DNA of 64,000 nt, from the NCBI GenBank assembly GCA_963750165.1, contig CAVVPN010000012.1, positions 1,184,001 through 1,248,000 of the forward strand, given 5' to 3'. The DNA comes from an uncultured Gemmataceae bacterium (GTDB taxonomy: Bacteria; Planctomycetota; Planctomycetia; Gemmatales; Gemmataceae). Position 1 is the stretch's first letter. Each line of letters begins with the position of its first letter. A program made the position numbers and the translations under genes. The notes beneath the pieces were generated by a model. That model was not told where the DNA came from. It saw only the letters and a list, made by a program, of their open reading frames with translations, and made no database searches. Of the stretch, positions 20,974-30,517 are shown in pieces.

Positions 20974-22986
20974 TTACGGGGCGGCCGCGGCGGTCGCCGG
21001 CTCGGCGCTCTTCCAGGACTCGGACGGCGTCACCAGCGGCAGCAGGCCGGCGCACTGGCTGGCCAGAAACGCGCGGGCCGCGGCGGCGCCCGCGCCGGGC
21101 ACCTGCGCCGCCACGGCCTCGTGCCACCCGGCGGCCGCGGCCAGCTGCCAGGCCTGTCCATCGCTCAGACTGCGCAGGCTGGCCCGCGCCGGCCGCAGCT
21201 TGTCCCAGACCTGCTTCGTCAGGGGCGGCAACTCCCGGTGCGCCGGCGCCAGCCACAGCACGATCATGGCGTCCGCCGGACGGGCGGGCTCGGCCAGCGG
21301 CGCAAGCCGGGCTTCCAGTTCCGTGGGCAACGCCCGGCCGGTCGTGAGCAACAGGCCGACGGCCACGCGCGCGGGCCGCCCCAGGGCGCCGTCGTCGGTC
21401 ACCCGCTGCCAGTCCACCGCGGTGACCAGAGCGTAATCGCGGTGCGGATCCTTGGTCACCACCACCTCGGCGCCCGCCAGCCGCCAGCCGTCGCGGGTGA
21501 CCGCCCCGGCCGCCTGCAGCACCTGACACAACCCCTCGTTGAGCTTCCCTCCCAGGCTCGAGAGCCCGACGTTCTGGGCTACCTGCTCCGCCGCGCGCAC
21601 GCGCTCTTGCCAGAGGCGCCGCAGCAGCGTGTCCGGGTCGGTCGCCGTCGCCAGCGCTGGCGGCGCCGACGACGGCACTGGCGGTTTGACCGCCGGCGTC
21701 GGTGCATGCCCGTGGACGATACGGTCGTACTCCTCGCGCAGCCGCTGCAAGCGCGTCCGCAGCGGCACGTCCGCCATCTGCTCGACCGCGGCCAGGTCGG
21801 CGTCCGTGAACGGGAACAGCCGCGGCAGTTGATCGGCCGCCGCAAAGCCCCGCAGTGTCCGCGCGACGCGGTGCTCGACCAGCGTGCGGAGCGCCGCCGG
21901 CGCCGGCGCTCCGAGGTACACGACATCCACCACGCCGTGGCCGGGCACGGACACGCCCTGATCCAGGCGGCTCAGGGCGAACGGGTGCCCCAGCGTGCGC
22001 AGCGCCCGGTACACCTCGCTCTCGGCGAACACCAGGAAGAGCAGGCTGCGCGTCGCGTCCACCGCCTGGGCCAGGCCGTCGAGGAAGGCACGCACGCGCT
22101 CCGGGCTGAGTTCGCCCTGCGGTGCCAGCAGCCCCTCCAGGTTGTCGTAGGCGAAGACGACCGGCAACCGCACCAGGGCGCACACCTCGACCAGGGCGAG
22201 CAGCAGCTGGCGGGCCGCCACGCTGCGGAAGGACGGCCGCGCACCGCCAGGGCCGGCATCGGTTTCCACAAACGTCCCGAGCGGGTCGGCCTCGTCCAGC
22301 AAAGCCGCCCGAACCAGTGCCATCAGCAGCCGCCGGCGCACCACGCCCGCCGCTTCCTTTTCCCAGCGCTGCAGATCATCGGCGATGCGCTCGACCGCCG
22401 CAGCCGGCGTGAGCCCGTGAGTCTGGGCGAGCGCCGCCGGATCCTCGACCGCCGACGGCGCGTCCGGGGCGGATACGCCCAGGACGCGGCGCAGCAGCCG
22501 GGCGGTCAGGTTGGCGGCGATGTCGCGCAATGGCGGCCGGCCGGAAGGCGTGCCCTCGGCGCGAAGGGCCGCGATCAGGTGGCCGACCAGTGCCTCATCA
22601 AGGGGCACTTCCGGTTCAAAAAAGGTGGGCTGGATCAGCAGCTGGAGCGCGTCGTCGCGGTGCGCCAGTGCCTCCAGCAGATGGGTCTTGCCGGCGCCGC
22701 GCGGCCCGACCACGGCGACCACACGGCTGTCGGCCAGGCCGCTGCCGGGGTGATACGCCTTCAGGCGGTACGTCTGCGGCCGATACACGTCCATCGTCGC
22801 GGTGAGTTTCTGGTATTCGGCCTGGTGAATGCTGGGCTCGTGGTGATCGAGGAAGTGCTCGTCGGGCCGCTGCGGCCGCACCAGACCGTCAAACGGGTTG
22901 GGCTGGCCGCGCAGCCAGTCGCGGGCCTGGTCGGTCAGGGCCGGGCCGGGCTGTGCGATGTCAGGGGAGATCGACATAAATATCAC
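20974..22986 (-). CDS. P-loop/AAA+-type ATPase, hypothetical
   Basis: Walker A GPRGAGKT, Walker B VFAYDNLE, N-terminal NPF motif. Confidence 0.75.
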   Translation of the reverse strand: MIFMSISPDIAQPGPALTDQARDWLRGQPNPFDGLVRPQRPDEHFLDHHEPSIHQAEYQKLTATMDVYRPQTYRLKAYHPGSGLADSRVVAVVGPRGAGKTHLLEALAHRDDALQLLIQPTFFEPEVPLDEALVGHLIAALRAEGTPSGRPPLRDIAANLTARLLRRVLGVSAPDAPSAVEDPAALAQTHGLTPAAAVERIADDLQRWEKEAAGVVRRRLLMALVRAALLDEADPLGTFVETDAGPGGARPSFRSVAARQLLLALVEVCALVRLPVVFAYDNLEGLLAPQGELSPERVRAFLDGLAQAVDATRSLLFLVFAESEVYRALRTLGHPFALSRLDQGVSVPGHGVVDVVYLGAPAPAALRTLVEHRVARTLRGFAAADQLPRLFPFTDADLAAVEQMADVPLRTRLQRLREEYDRIVHGHAPTPAVKPPVPSSAPPALATATDPDTLLRRLWQERVRAAEQVAQNVGLSSLGGKLNEGLCQVLQAAGAVTRDGWRLAGAEVVVTKDPHRDYALVTAVDWQRVTDDGALGRPARVAVGLLLTTGRALPTELEARLAPLAEPARPADAMIVLWLAPAHRELPPLTKQVWDKLRPARASLRSLSDGQAWQLAAAAGWHEAVAAQVPGAGAAAARAFLASQCAGLLPLVTPSESWKSAEPATAAAAP

Positions 22987-23080
22987 CTATCTGAAATATA
23001 GTAAAACTGGTATTGTCTGCCACCTGCGCCGTGCCTATCCTCCCCGCGCCCTTATGAAGTTTGTGAAGGCGCCTGCGAAC

Positions 23081-23109
23081 TTGACAACCCTCCCCTGGCA
23101 TTTTACTGT
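23081..23109 (+). promoter_or_regulatory. Putative sigma70 promoter
   Basis: TTGACA-N17-TACTGT in an AT-rich divergent intergenic region. Confidence 0.5.
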
Positions 23110-23280
23110 GCAACCAGTGGCCGCGGTGGAGCGTTCTGCCCCGCCGCGGCGGTCCATCCCCCGTCCCCACGGCGCATTGCGCAAGGAACCCAATGCTGTG
23201 CGTGTCCTGCCGGGGACCGCTGCGTAGAATGGTTCACCCGGGCGCAGTCCCGGTAAAGCATACATCGAAGGAGGCATCCC

Positions 23281-24294
23281 ATGTGGTCAGTTGGCGATCG
23301 GGTGTTGGGGAAGCGGCCGGAGGAGCCGTTCTGGTATCCGGGCACGGTCAAACACAGCGACGGCACGCGCTATTTCGTGCTGTTCGACGACGGTGAGGAC
23401 GCGCTGCTGCCGGCGGCGGAGCTGGCGCGGCTGGAGTGGCAGGCGGGCGACCGCGTGTTCGTGCGGGCGGCGACGAGTCGGGCCTACACTGCAGCCACGG
23501 TCAGCGGCAAGGACGGCGATGCGCTGCAGGTGCGCTTCGACGATGGCCGGCAGGAGTGGACCTCGGCGGCGCGGTTGCGCGTCGATCCGGCGGCGCGGCG
23601 GCCGGCGCTGGCGGAGGAGGAAGCGGCGCCGCAGTGGACGCCGGGCGACGCGGTGCTGGCGTGCGGGCCGGATTCGTTCTGGTATCCCGGCGCCGTGCTG
23701 GCGCTGCGCGGCCGTCAGGTGCATGTGGTGCTCGACGACGGCAACCAGTTGCTGGCGGAGCCCGGCCAGTTGCGGAAGCTGACGGTCGAGATCGGCGACG
23801 CGGTGCAGGGACGCTGGCAGGGCGGCCCGGAGTTTTTCCCCGGCGAGGTCACACGGCGGGACGGCCAGGTGGTCCAGATCCGCTACGAAGATGGTGACGA
23901 GGAGGTGACGCTGCTGCGGTTGCTGCGCCTGGACCGCGACGACTGGCTGCCGGGCGAGATGAACTGGTCGGAGGGCGATCGAGTGCTGGGCCAGTGGCTG
24001 GACACCTGCTGGTACCCGGGGGTGGTGCTGGCGGTGAACGGCAAGCGCTTGCAGGTGCTGTTCGACGACGGCGATCAGGCGCTGCTGTCCGCGGCCAAGC
24101 TCAAGCGGCTGAGCGTGCAGGTGGGCGACCGCGTCGCCTGCCGGCGCGGCGGCGGCCAGATTTTCTACCCCGGTGAGGTCGCGGAAAAGCGCGGCGAGAC
24201 CATCCGCGTCCACTACGACGACGGCCAGGAAGAGACGACCACCGTTCGCCTGCTGCGCGTGGAGCCCGAGGGGATGCGCGAAGGGATGGAGTGA
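23281..24294 (+). CDS. Tandem Tudor/Agenet-like repeat protein (six units)
   Basis: AAGGAGG RBS; six ~55-aa units of GD.V...(W/F/Y)YPG.V...V.(F/Y)DDG. Confidence 0.85.
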   Translation: MWSVGDRVLGKRPEEPFWYPGTVKHSDGTRYFVLFDDGEDALLPAAELARLEWQAGDRVFVRAATSRAYTAATVSGKDGDALQVRFDDGRQEWTSAARLRVDPAARRPALAEEEAAPQWTPGDAVLACGPDSFWYPGAVLALRGRQVHVVLDDGNQLLAEPGQLRKLTVEIGDAVQGRWQGGPEFFPGEVTRRDGQVVQIRYEDGDEEVTLLRLLRLDRDDWLPGEMNWSEGDRVLGQWLDTCWYPGVVLAVNGKRLQVLFDDGDQALLSAAKLKRLSVQVGDRVACRRGGGQIFYPGEVAEKRGETIRVHYDDGQEETTTVRLLRVEPEGMREGME

Positions 24295-24316
24295 CGTTCG
24301 CGGTCGGCCTATCTTG

Positions 24317-24395
24317 CTCCCCTCGCCCCTTCAGGGGGAGAGGGGTCGGGGGTGAGGGGCCCCCAACCCCTCTCCCCCTGAAGGGGCGAGGGGAG
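24317..24395. repeat. REP-like palindrome
   Basis: CTCCCCTCGCCCCTTCAGGGGGAGAGGGG followed by its reverse complement. Confidence 0.85.
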
Positions 24396-24414
24396 TTCAA
24401 TTTCCCGAATCATC

Positions 24415-25770
24415 ATGAACCTGTGTCTGCCCGAGCTGGCGCTGGTGCTGCTGGTCGGCCCGTCGGGGTCCGGCAAGTCCACGTTCGCGCGCCGTCACTT
24501 CAAGCCGACCGAGGTGATGTCCTCCGACTTCTTCCGGGGCCTGGTGCGCGACGACGAGAACGACCAGTCCGCCAGCCGTGACGCCTTCGACGCGCTGCAC
24601 CTGGTGGCGGCGCGACGGCTGGCGGCCGGCCGGCTCACCGTCATCGACGCCACCAACCTCCAGGCTGAGGGTCGCAAGCCGCTGCTGATCCTGGCCAACA
24701 AATATCATGTGCCGCCGGTCGCTGTCGTCTTCGCCCTGGAGGAGGACGTTTGTCAGCGGCACAACCAGCAGCGTGCCGAGCGCGTTGTGCCGGTCACGGT
24801 GGTCAGCAACCACTGGCAACAACTGCAAACCGCCCTCGCCGCCCTGGGACGCGAACACTTCCAGCACGTCTACGTGTTACGCAGCCTCGAAGAGGTGGCC
24901 GCGGCCCGGGTCGAACGGCTGCCGCTGCCGGTGGATCGCCGCGCCGAGCACGGGCCTTTCGACGTGATCGGCGATGTGCACGGCTGCTTCGACGAACTGA
25001 TGCTGCTGTTGCAAAAGCTCGGCTACGAGGTGCATCCGCGGGAGCCGCCGCCGGACGGGGCTGGCTTCGCGGTGCGTGGGCCGGAGGGGCGCAAGGTGGT
25101 GTTCGTCGGCGATCTGGTGGACCGCGGCCCGCGGACGCCGGCGGCGCTGCGGCTGGTGATGAGCATGGCCCGCACCGGCCTGGCGCTGAGCGTGCGCGGC
25201 AACCACGACGACAAGCTGCTGCGCAAGCTGCAAGGCCGCGACGTAAGGTTGACGCACGGCCTGGCCGAGTCGCTGGAGCAACTGGGTCGGGAGCCGCCGG
25301 GCTTCCTGGACCGCGTCCGCGACTTTCTGGAGATGCTACCGAGCCATTACGTGCTGGACGGCGGCAAGCTGGTGGTGGCGCACGCGGGCATCAAGGAGGA
25401 GATGCAGGGCCGGATGTCGGAGCGAGTGCGTGTGTTCGCGCTGTTCGGCGACACGACCGGCGAGATGGCTGCGGACGGGCTGCCGGTGCGGCGCAACTGG
25501 GCGGCGGACTACCACGGCCGGGCGCTGGTGGTCTACGGTCACACGCCGGTGCTGGAGCCGATCCGCGTGCAGCGCACCGTCAATATCGACACCGGCTGCG
25601 TCTTCGGCGGCCAGCTGACCGCCCTGCGCTACCCGGAAATGGAGCCGGTGTCAGTGCCGGCGGCGCGGCAGTACTGCGCGCCGCACCGCCAGCTGCTGAC
25701 GAGTCTGGACGTGCCGACGCCGCTGCGCATCGGCTGGCGCCGGCCGGAGCGGATGCCGCCGGGGGCGTGA
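24415..25770 (+). CDS. Polynucleotide kinase-phosphatase-like protein (kinase + metallophosphoesterase, no ligase domain)
   Basis: GPSGSGKST, IDATN; GDVHG, GDLVDRG, GNHD, YGHTP, IDTGCVFGG. Confidence 0.9.
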   Translation: MNLCLPELALVLLVGPSGSGKSTFARRHFKPTEVMSSDFFRGLVRDDENDQSASRDAFDALHLVAARRLAAGRLTVIDATNLQAEGRKPLLILANKYHVPPVAVVFALEEDVCQRHNQQRAERVVPVTVVSNHWQQLQTALAALGREHFQHVYVLRSLEEVAAARVERLPLPVDRRAEHGPFDVIGDVHGCFDELMLLLQKLGYEVHPREPPPDGAGFAVRGPEGRKVVFVGDLVDRGPRTPAALRLVMSMARTGLALSVRGNHDDKLLRKLQGRDVRLTHGLAESLEQLGREPPGFLDRVRDFLEMLPSHYVLDGGKLVVAHAGIKEEMQGRMSERVRVFALFGDTTGEMAADGLPVRRNWAADYHGRALVVYGHTPVLEPIRVQRTVNIDTGCVFGGQLTALRYPEMEPVSVPAARQYCAPHRQLLTSLDVPTPLRIGWRRPERMPPGA

Positions 25771-25824
25771 CGCCGCTGATAGAATGGACGCGAAGACACA
25801 GCTTCAAACGGGGAGTAAGATCCG

Positions 25825-26571
25825 ATGCCAATCCATGATTGGACGCGCGTGAGCGCCGGTACGTGGCATGCGTTTCACCTGAGTTGGATTGTTGAGATTC
25901 AACTCGCGCTCAACGACGGGCTGTTGCCGGCGGATTACTACGCCCAGGCCGAACAAATCGCCGGGCCGCTCGGGCCGGATGTGCTCACCCTTCAGGAGTC
26001 GAACGGGACTCCGAACGAACCGGTCGCGCAACCTTCCGGTGGCGGCATTGCGGTCGCCACCGCCCCGCCGCGAATGCGGGTCGCCGCCGAAGCCGAGATG
26101 AACGACTATGTCCTGAAGCGCCGTACGTTGGTGATCCGTCACACCAGCGGCGACCGCATCGTCGCCTTGCTGGAGATCGTCTCGCCGGGGAACAAGTCGG
26201 CACGCCACGCCATCCGCGCGTTCGTCGAGAAGGCGGTGGAAGCGCTGTACCGCGGCTATCACCTGCTCATCGTGGACCTGTTCCCGCCCGGCCCGCGCGA
26301 CCCCAACGGCATTCACGCCCGAATCTGGGGCGAGATCAGCGACGCCCCCTTCGAGCTGCCGCCGGACGAGCCGCTCACCCTGGCCGCGTACTCCGCCGGG
26401 CCGGTCAAGCGGGCTTACGTCGAGCCAACCGCCGTCAGCCGGGAACTGATCGACATGCCGCTGTTCCTCGACCCCGAGACCTACGTCAACGTGCCGCTGG
26501 AGGCGACCTACCAGGCCGCGTACCGCGGTGTGCCGCGCCGCTGGCGTGAAGTGCTGGAAGTGATCTCGTAG
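25825..26571 (+). CDS. DUF4058 family protein (PD-(D/E)xK-like)
   Basis: MPIHDWTRV, FH..W, PDVLTL, EIVSPGNK, HLLIVDLFPPGPRDP, PLEATY. Confidence 0.85.
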   Translation: MPIHDWTRVSAGTWHAFHLSWIVEIQLALNDGLLPADYYAQAEQIAGPLGPDVLTLQESNGTPNEPVAQPSGGGIAVATAPPRMRVAAEAEMNDYVLKRRTLVIRHTSGDRIVALLEIVSPGNKSARHAIRAFVEKAVEALYRGYHLLIVDLFPPGPRDPNGIHARIWGEISDAPFELPPDEPLTLAAYSAGPVKRAYVEPTAVSRELIDMPLFLDPETYVNVPLEATYQAAYRGVPRRWREVLEVIS

Positions 26572-26664
26572 CGCTGCGGACTCCCCGTTGCCGGCACGGC
26601 CACTTTGCTTCCCTCCGGCATAGAATGGCTCTGTTTCCGGGGATGTTCCTGCCTGGGCGAAGCG

Positions 26665-27234
26665 ATGTCCGACGTGACGCAACTGCTGAACGCGATGGAC
26701 CGGGGCGACCCGCACGCCGCCGCGCAGCTGCTGCCTTTGGTCTACGACGAACTACGCCGCCTCGCCGCCGCCCGGTTAGCCGTCGAGCCGTCCGGCAACA
26801 CGCTGCAGCCGACCGCCCTCGTCCACGAAGCGTACCTGCGGCTGGTTGGCACCCCCGCCGGCGACCAGTGGGACCACCGCGGCCACTTCTTCGCCGCCGC
26901 GGCCGAGGCCATGCGCCGCATCCTCATCGACCAGGCCCGCCAGAAGGCCGCCCTGCGCCACGGCGGTGCGCTGCAGCGCCAGGCACTCGACCCGAATGCC
27001 GCCACCATCCCCGAACCCCGCGAAGATTTACTCGCGCTGAACGAGGCACTGGACAAGCTGGCGATCGAAGACCCTCTCAAAGCCAATCTCGTCAAGCTCC
27101 GCTATTTCGTTGGGTTGAGTCTCACCGAGGCCGCCGCCGCGCTCGACCTGTCCGAGCGGACGGCCAGCCGGCACTGGGCCTACGCCCGCGCCTGGCTGCG
27201 CCGGGCCGTGGAGGGACCGCAGGAAAAAAATTAA
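26665..27234 (+). CDS. ECF sigma factor, TIGR02999-like (kinase-associated) #1
   Basis: LLPLVYDELRRLA, TLQPTALVHEAYLRL, HFFAAAAEAMRRIL, WAYARAWL. Confidence 0.93.
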   Translation: MSDVTQLLNAMDRGDPHAAAQLLPLVYDELRRLAAARLAVEPSGNTLQPTALVHEAYLRLVGTPAGDQWDHRGHFFAAAAEAMRRILIDQARQKAALRHGGALQRQALDPNAATIPEPREDLLALNEALDKLAIEDPLKANLVKLRYFVGLSLTEAAAALDLSERTASRHWAYARAWLRRAVEGPQEKN

Positions 27235-27303
27235 AAAACGTTGTCCAGCTTTCGGTCGGAATTTCGCATTGGGAACGAGGTGCCGTAACGGCATTCCTGA
27301 GGG

Positions 27304-29655
27304 ATGTTCGCCATGACGGAAGAACAGGTCTTTCTGGCGGCCCTGGAGCTGGCCAACCCGGCCGACCGTATTGCTTACCTGAACAAGGTCTGTGGCGGGG
27401 ACGTGGAGTTCCGCAGCCAGGTCGAAGACCTGCTGGCCGCTCACTTCCGCTCGGGGCCGTTCCTGGATGAGCCGCTCGGCCAGCAGCTGGCGGCCGGCGC
27501 GGCGACGCCGATCAACGAGAACACCTTGAGCCTGCGCGGCAAGCCGGAAGGAGATGCCGTGGCCGACGCCAAGAACCAGGAACCCGACCTGCATTTCTTG
27601 CAACCGTCCGCCCGCGCCAACGCGCTCGGCCGGATCGGCCACTACGACGTGTTGCAGATCCTCGGCAAAGGCGGGTTCGGCATCGTCTTCCGGGCCTTCG
27701 ACGACATGCTGCAGCGCGTGGTGGCGCTCAAGGTGCTCGCCCCCGCGATCGCCGCCACCTCGCCGGCCCGCAAGCGCTTCTCGCGCGAAGCCCGCTCGTC
27801 CGCAAAGGTCCGCCACGAGAATGTCATCCAGGTGTACGCCGTCGAGGAGCACCCGGTGCCCTACCTGGTGATGGAGTTCATCCCCGGCGAGTCCCTCCAG
27901 CAACGGCTGGACCGCGTCGGCCCGCTGGAAACGCCGGAGATCGTGCAAATCGGCCGGCAGATCGCCGAGGGACTGGCCGCTGCCCACGCCACGGGGCTCA
28001 TCCACCGCGACATCAAGCCGGGCAACGTGCTCCTCGAAAGCGGGCACCAACGGGTCAAGATCAGCGACTTCGGCCTGGCGCGGGCGGCCGACGACGCCAG
28101 CCTGAGCCAGAGCGGCGTGCTGGCCGGCACCCCCATGTACATGGCCCCGGAGCAGGCCAGAGGCGATTCGCTCGACCACCGGGCCGACCTGTTCAGCCTC
28201 GGCAGCGTGCTGTACATCATGGCCAGCGGCCGACCGCCGTTCCGTGCTTCGACCACCTATGCCGTGCTCAAGCGCGTGGTGGACGACACCCCGCGACCGA
28301 TCCGCGAGGTGATTCCAGAAGTGCCGCAATGGCTGTGCGACATCATCGCCAGGCTGCACGCCAAGAAGCCGGAGGAGCGCTTCCAGTCGGCCCGCGAAGT
28401 GGCCGATGTCCTCGCCGATTGCGAGTCTCAGCTCAAGGCGAACGCCCGGCTCAAGGATTTCTCCCGGATCCCCCGAAGCAAACCCGCAGCCGGGCGATCC
28501 GGCCGGTGGAAATGGGTCGCGGCAACCGCCCTGTTGCTTCCCCTCCTCGCCCTGGCGCTGACGGAGATCGCTGGCATAACGCATCTGTTCCGGGATCGGG
28601 ACGCAACACCGATTGCCAGGGTGGACCCACCGAAGAAGGACGATCCGCCCCCCAGGGTCGTGGCGCCGCCGAAGCAGAAGGACGATGCGATTCCCTCAGT
28701 CAGCGATGCCGACAGGAAACGGATCGCCGCGCTGCCGGCCGCCGAACAGATCGAGGAAGTGCGCAAGGAGCTGAAGCGGCGCAATCCGAACTTTGATGGG
28801 CAGCTCAACCCCATGATCGAGGATGGCGTGGTGACGGGCCTGGAGTTCTCGGCGGACCAGGTGAGCGACATTTCGCCGGTGCGCGTGCTAACGAAATTGC
28901 GGTCGCTCGAATGTTCTGGCAGCGATGTTGACCGTGGTCAACTGGGCGCCCGCGGGCTCCTGCCGCTCAAAGGGTTGCCGCTGACGAACCTGATCTGCCG
29001 CTATTCGCCCATCACTGACCTCTCACCGCTGAAGGAAATGGAGCTGACGACCCTTGACCTCAGACACACGAATGTCAGCGACGCGGACGTGAAAAATCTG
29101 GCCGGCCTGAAAAAACTTCACTGGCTCAGCCTTTGGGGCACCAGGGTGACGAACGTGGGCCTGAAGGAGCTGGCCGGCCTGAAAAAACTTCAGTGGCTCA
29201 GCCTCGAAAACACCGGGGTAACGGACGTGGGCCTGAAGGAACTCGCCGGTCTGCAAAACCTCACGCATCTGAGCCTCTACGCCGTCCCGACAGTGACGGA
29301 CGCGGGCGTGGAGCCGCTGGCTGGCCTCAAGGCGCTCCAGTGGTTAGACCTCCGCGGAACGAGTGTAACGGACGCCGGTGCCAGGAAGCTCGCCGCCCTG
29401 CTGCCGTCGCTCAAGATCGAACGGCTCGGCGCCGCCATCGAGCCGATGGTGAAGGACAATCCGCCGCCGCCAGCACTCGCTGCGTTCACCGATGCCGACG
29501 TCCAGCGGATCGCTGCGCTGCCCGCCGCCGAACAGGTCGAGGAAGTGCGGAAGGAGTTGCAGCGGCGCAATCCGGACTTTGAGGGTCCGGTGCGGCGCAA
29601 GATCGAAAACGACACCCCGGCCGCGGAGTTCTTGAAGAGCGTCGAGAAGAAGTGA
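27304..29655 (+). CDS. Ser/Thr kinase with TM helix and LRR C-terminus
   Basis: GKGGFG, HRDIKPGN, DFGLAR, GTPMYMAPE; LAGLKKL.WLSL..T.VTD repeats. Confidence 0.93.
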   Translation: MFAMTEEQVFLAALELANPADRIAYLNKVCGGDVEFRSQVEDLLAAHFRSGPFLDEPLGQQLAAGAATPINENTLSLRGKPEGDAVADAKNQEPDLHFLQPSARANALGRIGHYDVLQILGKGGFGIVFRAFDDMLQRVVALKVLAPAIAATSPARKRFSREARSSAKVRHENVIQVYAVEEHPVPYLVMEFIPGESLQQRLDRVGPLETPEIVQIGRQIAEGLAAAHATGLIHRDIKPGNVLLESGHQRVKISDFGLARAADDASLSQSGVLAGTPMYMAPEQARGDSLDHRADLFSLGSVLYIMASGRPPFRASTTYAVLKRVVDDTPRPIREVIPEVPQWLCDIIARLHAKKPEERFQSAREVADVLADCESQLKANARLKDFSRIPRSKPAAGRSGRWKWVAATALLLPLLALALTEIAGITHLFRDRDATPIARVDPPKKDDPPPRVVAPPKQKDDAIPSVSDADRKRIAALPAAEQIEEVRKELKRRNPNFDGQLNPMIEDGVVTGLEFSADQVSDISPVRVLTKLRSLECSGSDVDRGQLGARGLLPLKGLPLTNLICRYSPITDLSPLKEMELTTLDLRHTNVSDADVKNLAGLKKLHWLSLWGTRVTNVGLKELAGLKKLQWLSLENTGVTDVGLKELAGLQNLTHLSLYAVPTVTDAGVEPLAGLKALQWLDLRGTSVTDAGARKLAALLPSLKIERLGAAIEPMVKDNPPPPALAAFTDADVQRIAALPAAEQVEEVRKELQRRNPDFEGPVRRKIENDTPAAEFLKSVEKK

Positions 29656-29697
29656 CCACCGGCCCCGCGCCCGCACCCCACTTGCTCATCCCGACGC

Positions 29698-29726
29698 TTG
29701 CGTGCCGCGCGCCGCCACGGTACGCT
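29698..29726 (+). promoter_or_regulatory. Putative sigma70 promoter, near-leaderless ECF transcript
   Basis: TTGCGT-N17-TACGCT, 8 nt before the ATG; conserved at 36314-36342. Confidence 0.65.
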
Positions 29727-29734
29727 CGACCGTC

Positions 29735-30316
29735 ATGAGTGAAGTCACCCACATCCTGAGCGCCATCGACCAGGGCGACCCGCGCGCCGCCGAACAGCTG
29801 CTGCCGCTGGTCTACGACGAGCTGCGCCGCCTGGCCGCGCAGAAGTTGGCCCAGGAACAGCCCGGCCAGACCCTGGACGCCACCGCGCTGGTCCACGAAG
29901 CGTACCTGCGCCTGGTGGCGAGCCCCCTGCATGAGCGGGGGGAGGAACCTCAGTGGGATGGCCGCGGTCATTTCTTCGCCGCCGCGGCCGAGGCGATGCG
30001 CCGCATCCTCATCGATCGGGCGCGGGCGAAGCGCACCGAGAAGCGCGGCGGCAATCGCAAGCGCCTCGACATTGACGCCATCGACCTGGCCACCACAGCC
30101 GCGCCGGACCAGTTGCTGGCCCTCGACGAGGCCCTGGCGAAGCTGGCCAGCGGCGACCCGGCGGCAGCGCGGCTCGTCGAGCTGCGCTACTTCGCGGGGC
30201 TGACCGTGGACGAGGCCGGACGGGCTCTCGGCATGTCCACCGCCACCGCCTACCGGCACTGGAACTTCGCCCGCGCCTGGCTGCACGTCGAACTGCGCGA
30301 CGATCCGGCTACCTGA
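29735..30316 (+). CDS. ECF sigma factor, TIGR02999-like #2
   Basis: TLDATALVHEAYLRL, HFFAAAAEAMRRIL, WNFARAWL. Confidence 0.93.
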   Translation: MSEVTHILSAIDQGDPRAAEQLLPLVYDELRRLAAQKLAQEQPGQTLDATALVHEAYLRLVASPLHERGEEPQWDGRGHFFAAAAEAMRRILIDRARAKRTEKRGGNRKRLDIDAIDLATTAAPDQLLALDEALAKLASGDPAAARLVELRYFAGLTVDEAGRALGMSTATAYRHWNFARAWLHVELRDDPAT

Positions 30317-30351
30317 TCCGGCAGCGCCAGCGCGGGGCTTGTTTGTAGTCC

Positions 30352-30404
30352 GAGCCCGAGCGCCAGCGCGGGGCCTGCGCTGCCCCGCGCTGGCGCTCGG
30401 GCTC
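30352..30404. repeat. REP family A palindrome, copy 1
   Basis: GAGCCCGAGCGCCAGCGCGGGGC...GCCCCGCGCTGGCGCTCGGGCTC; also at 36943 and 52581. Confidence 0.9.
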
Positions 30405-30517
30405 CGACCCACCCGACCACAACACAATTTTTCACTTTCTTCCCGCGCCGTGAGAAAATCAGCGTGCCGATTCCGCATTGGAGTGCAGAGGAGGCCCCGT
30501 GCCAGGGGGCAACGATC

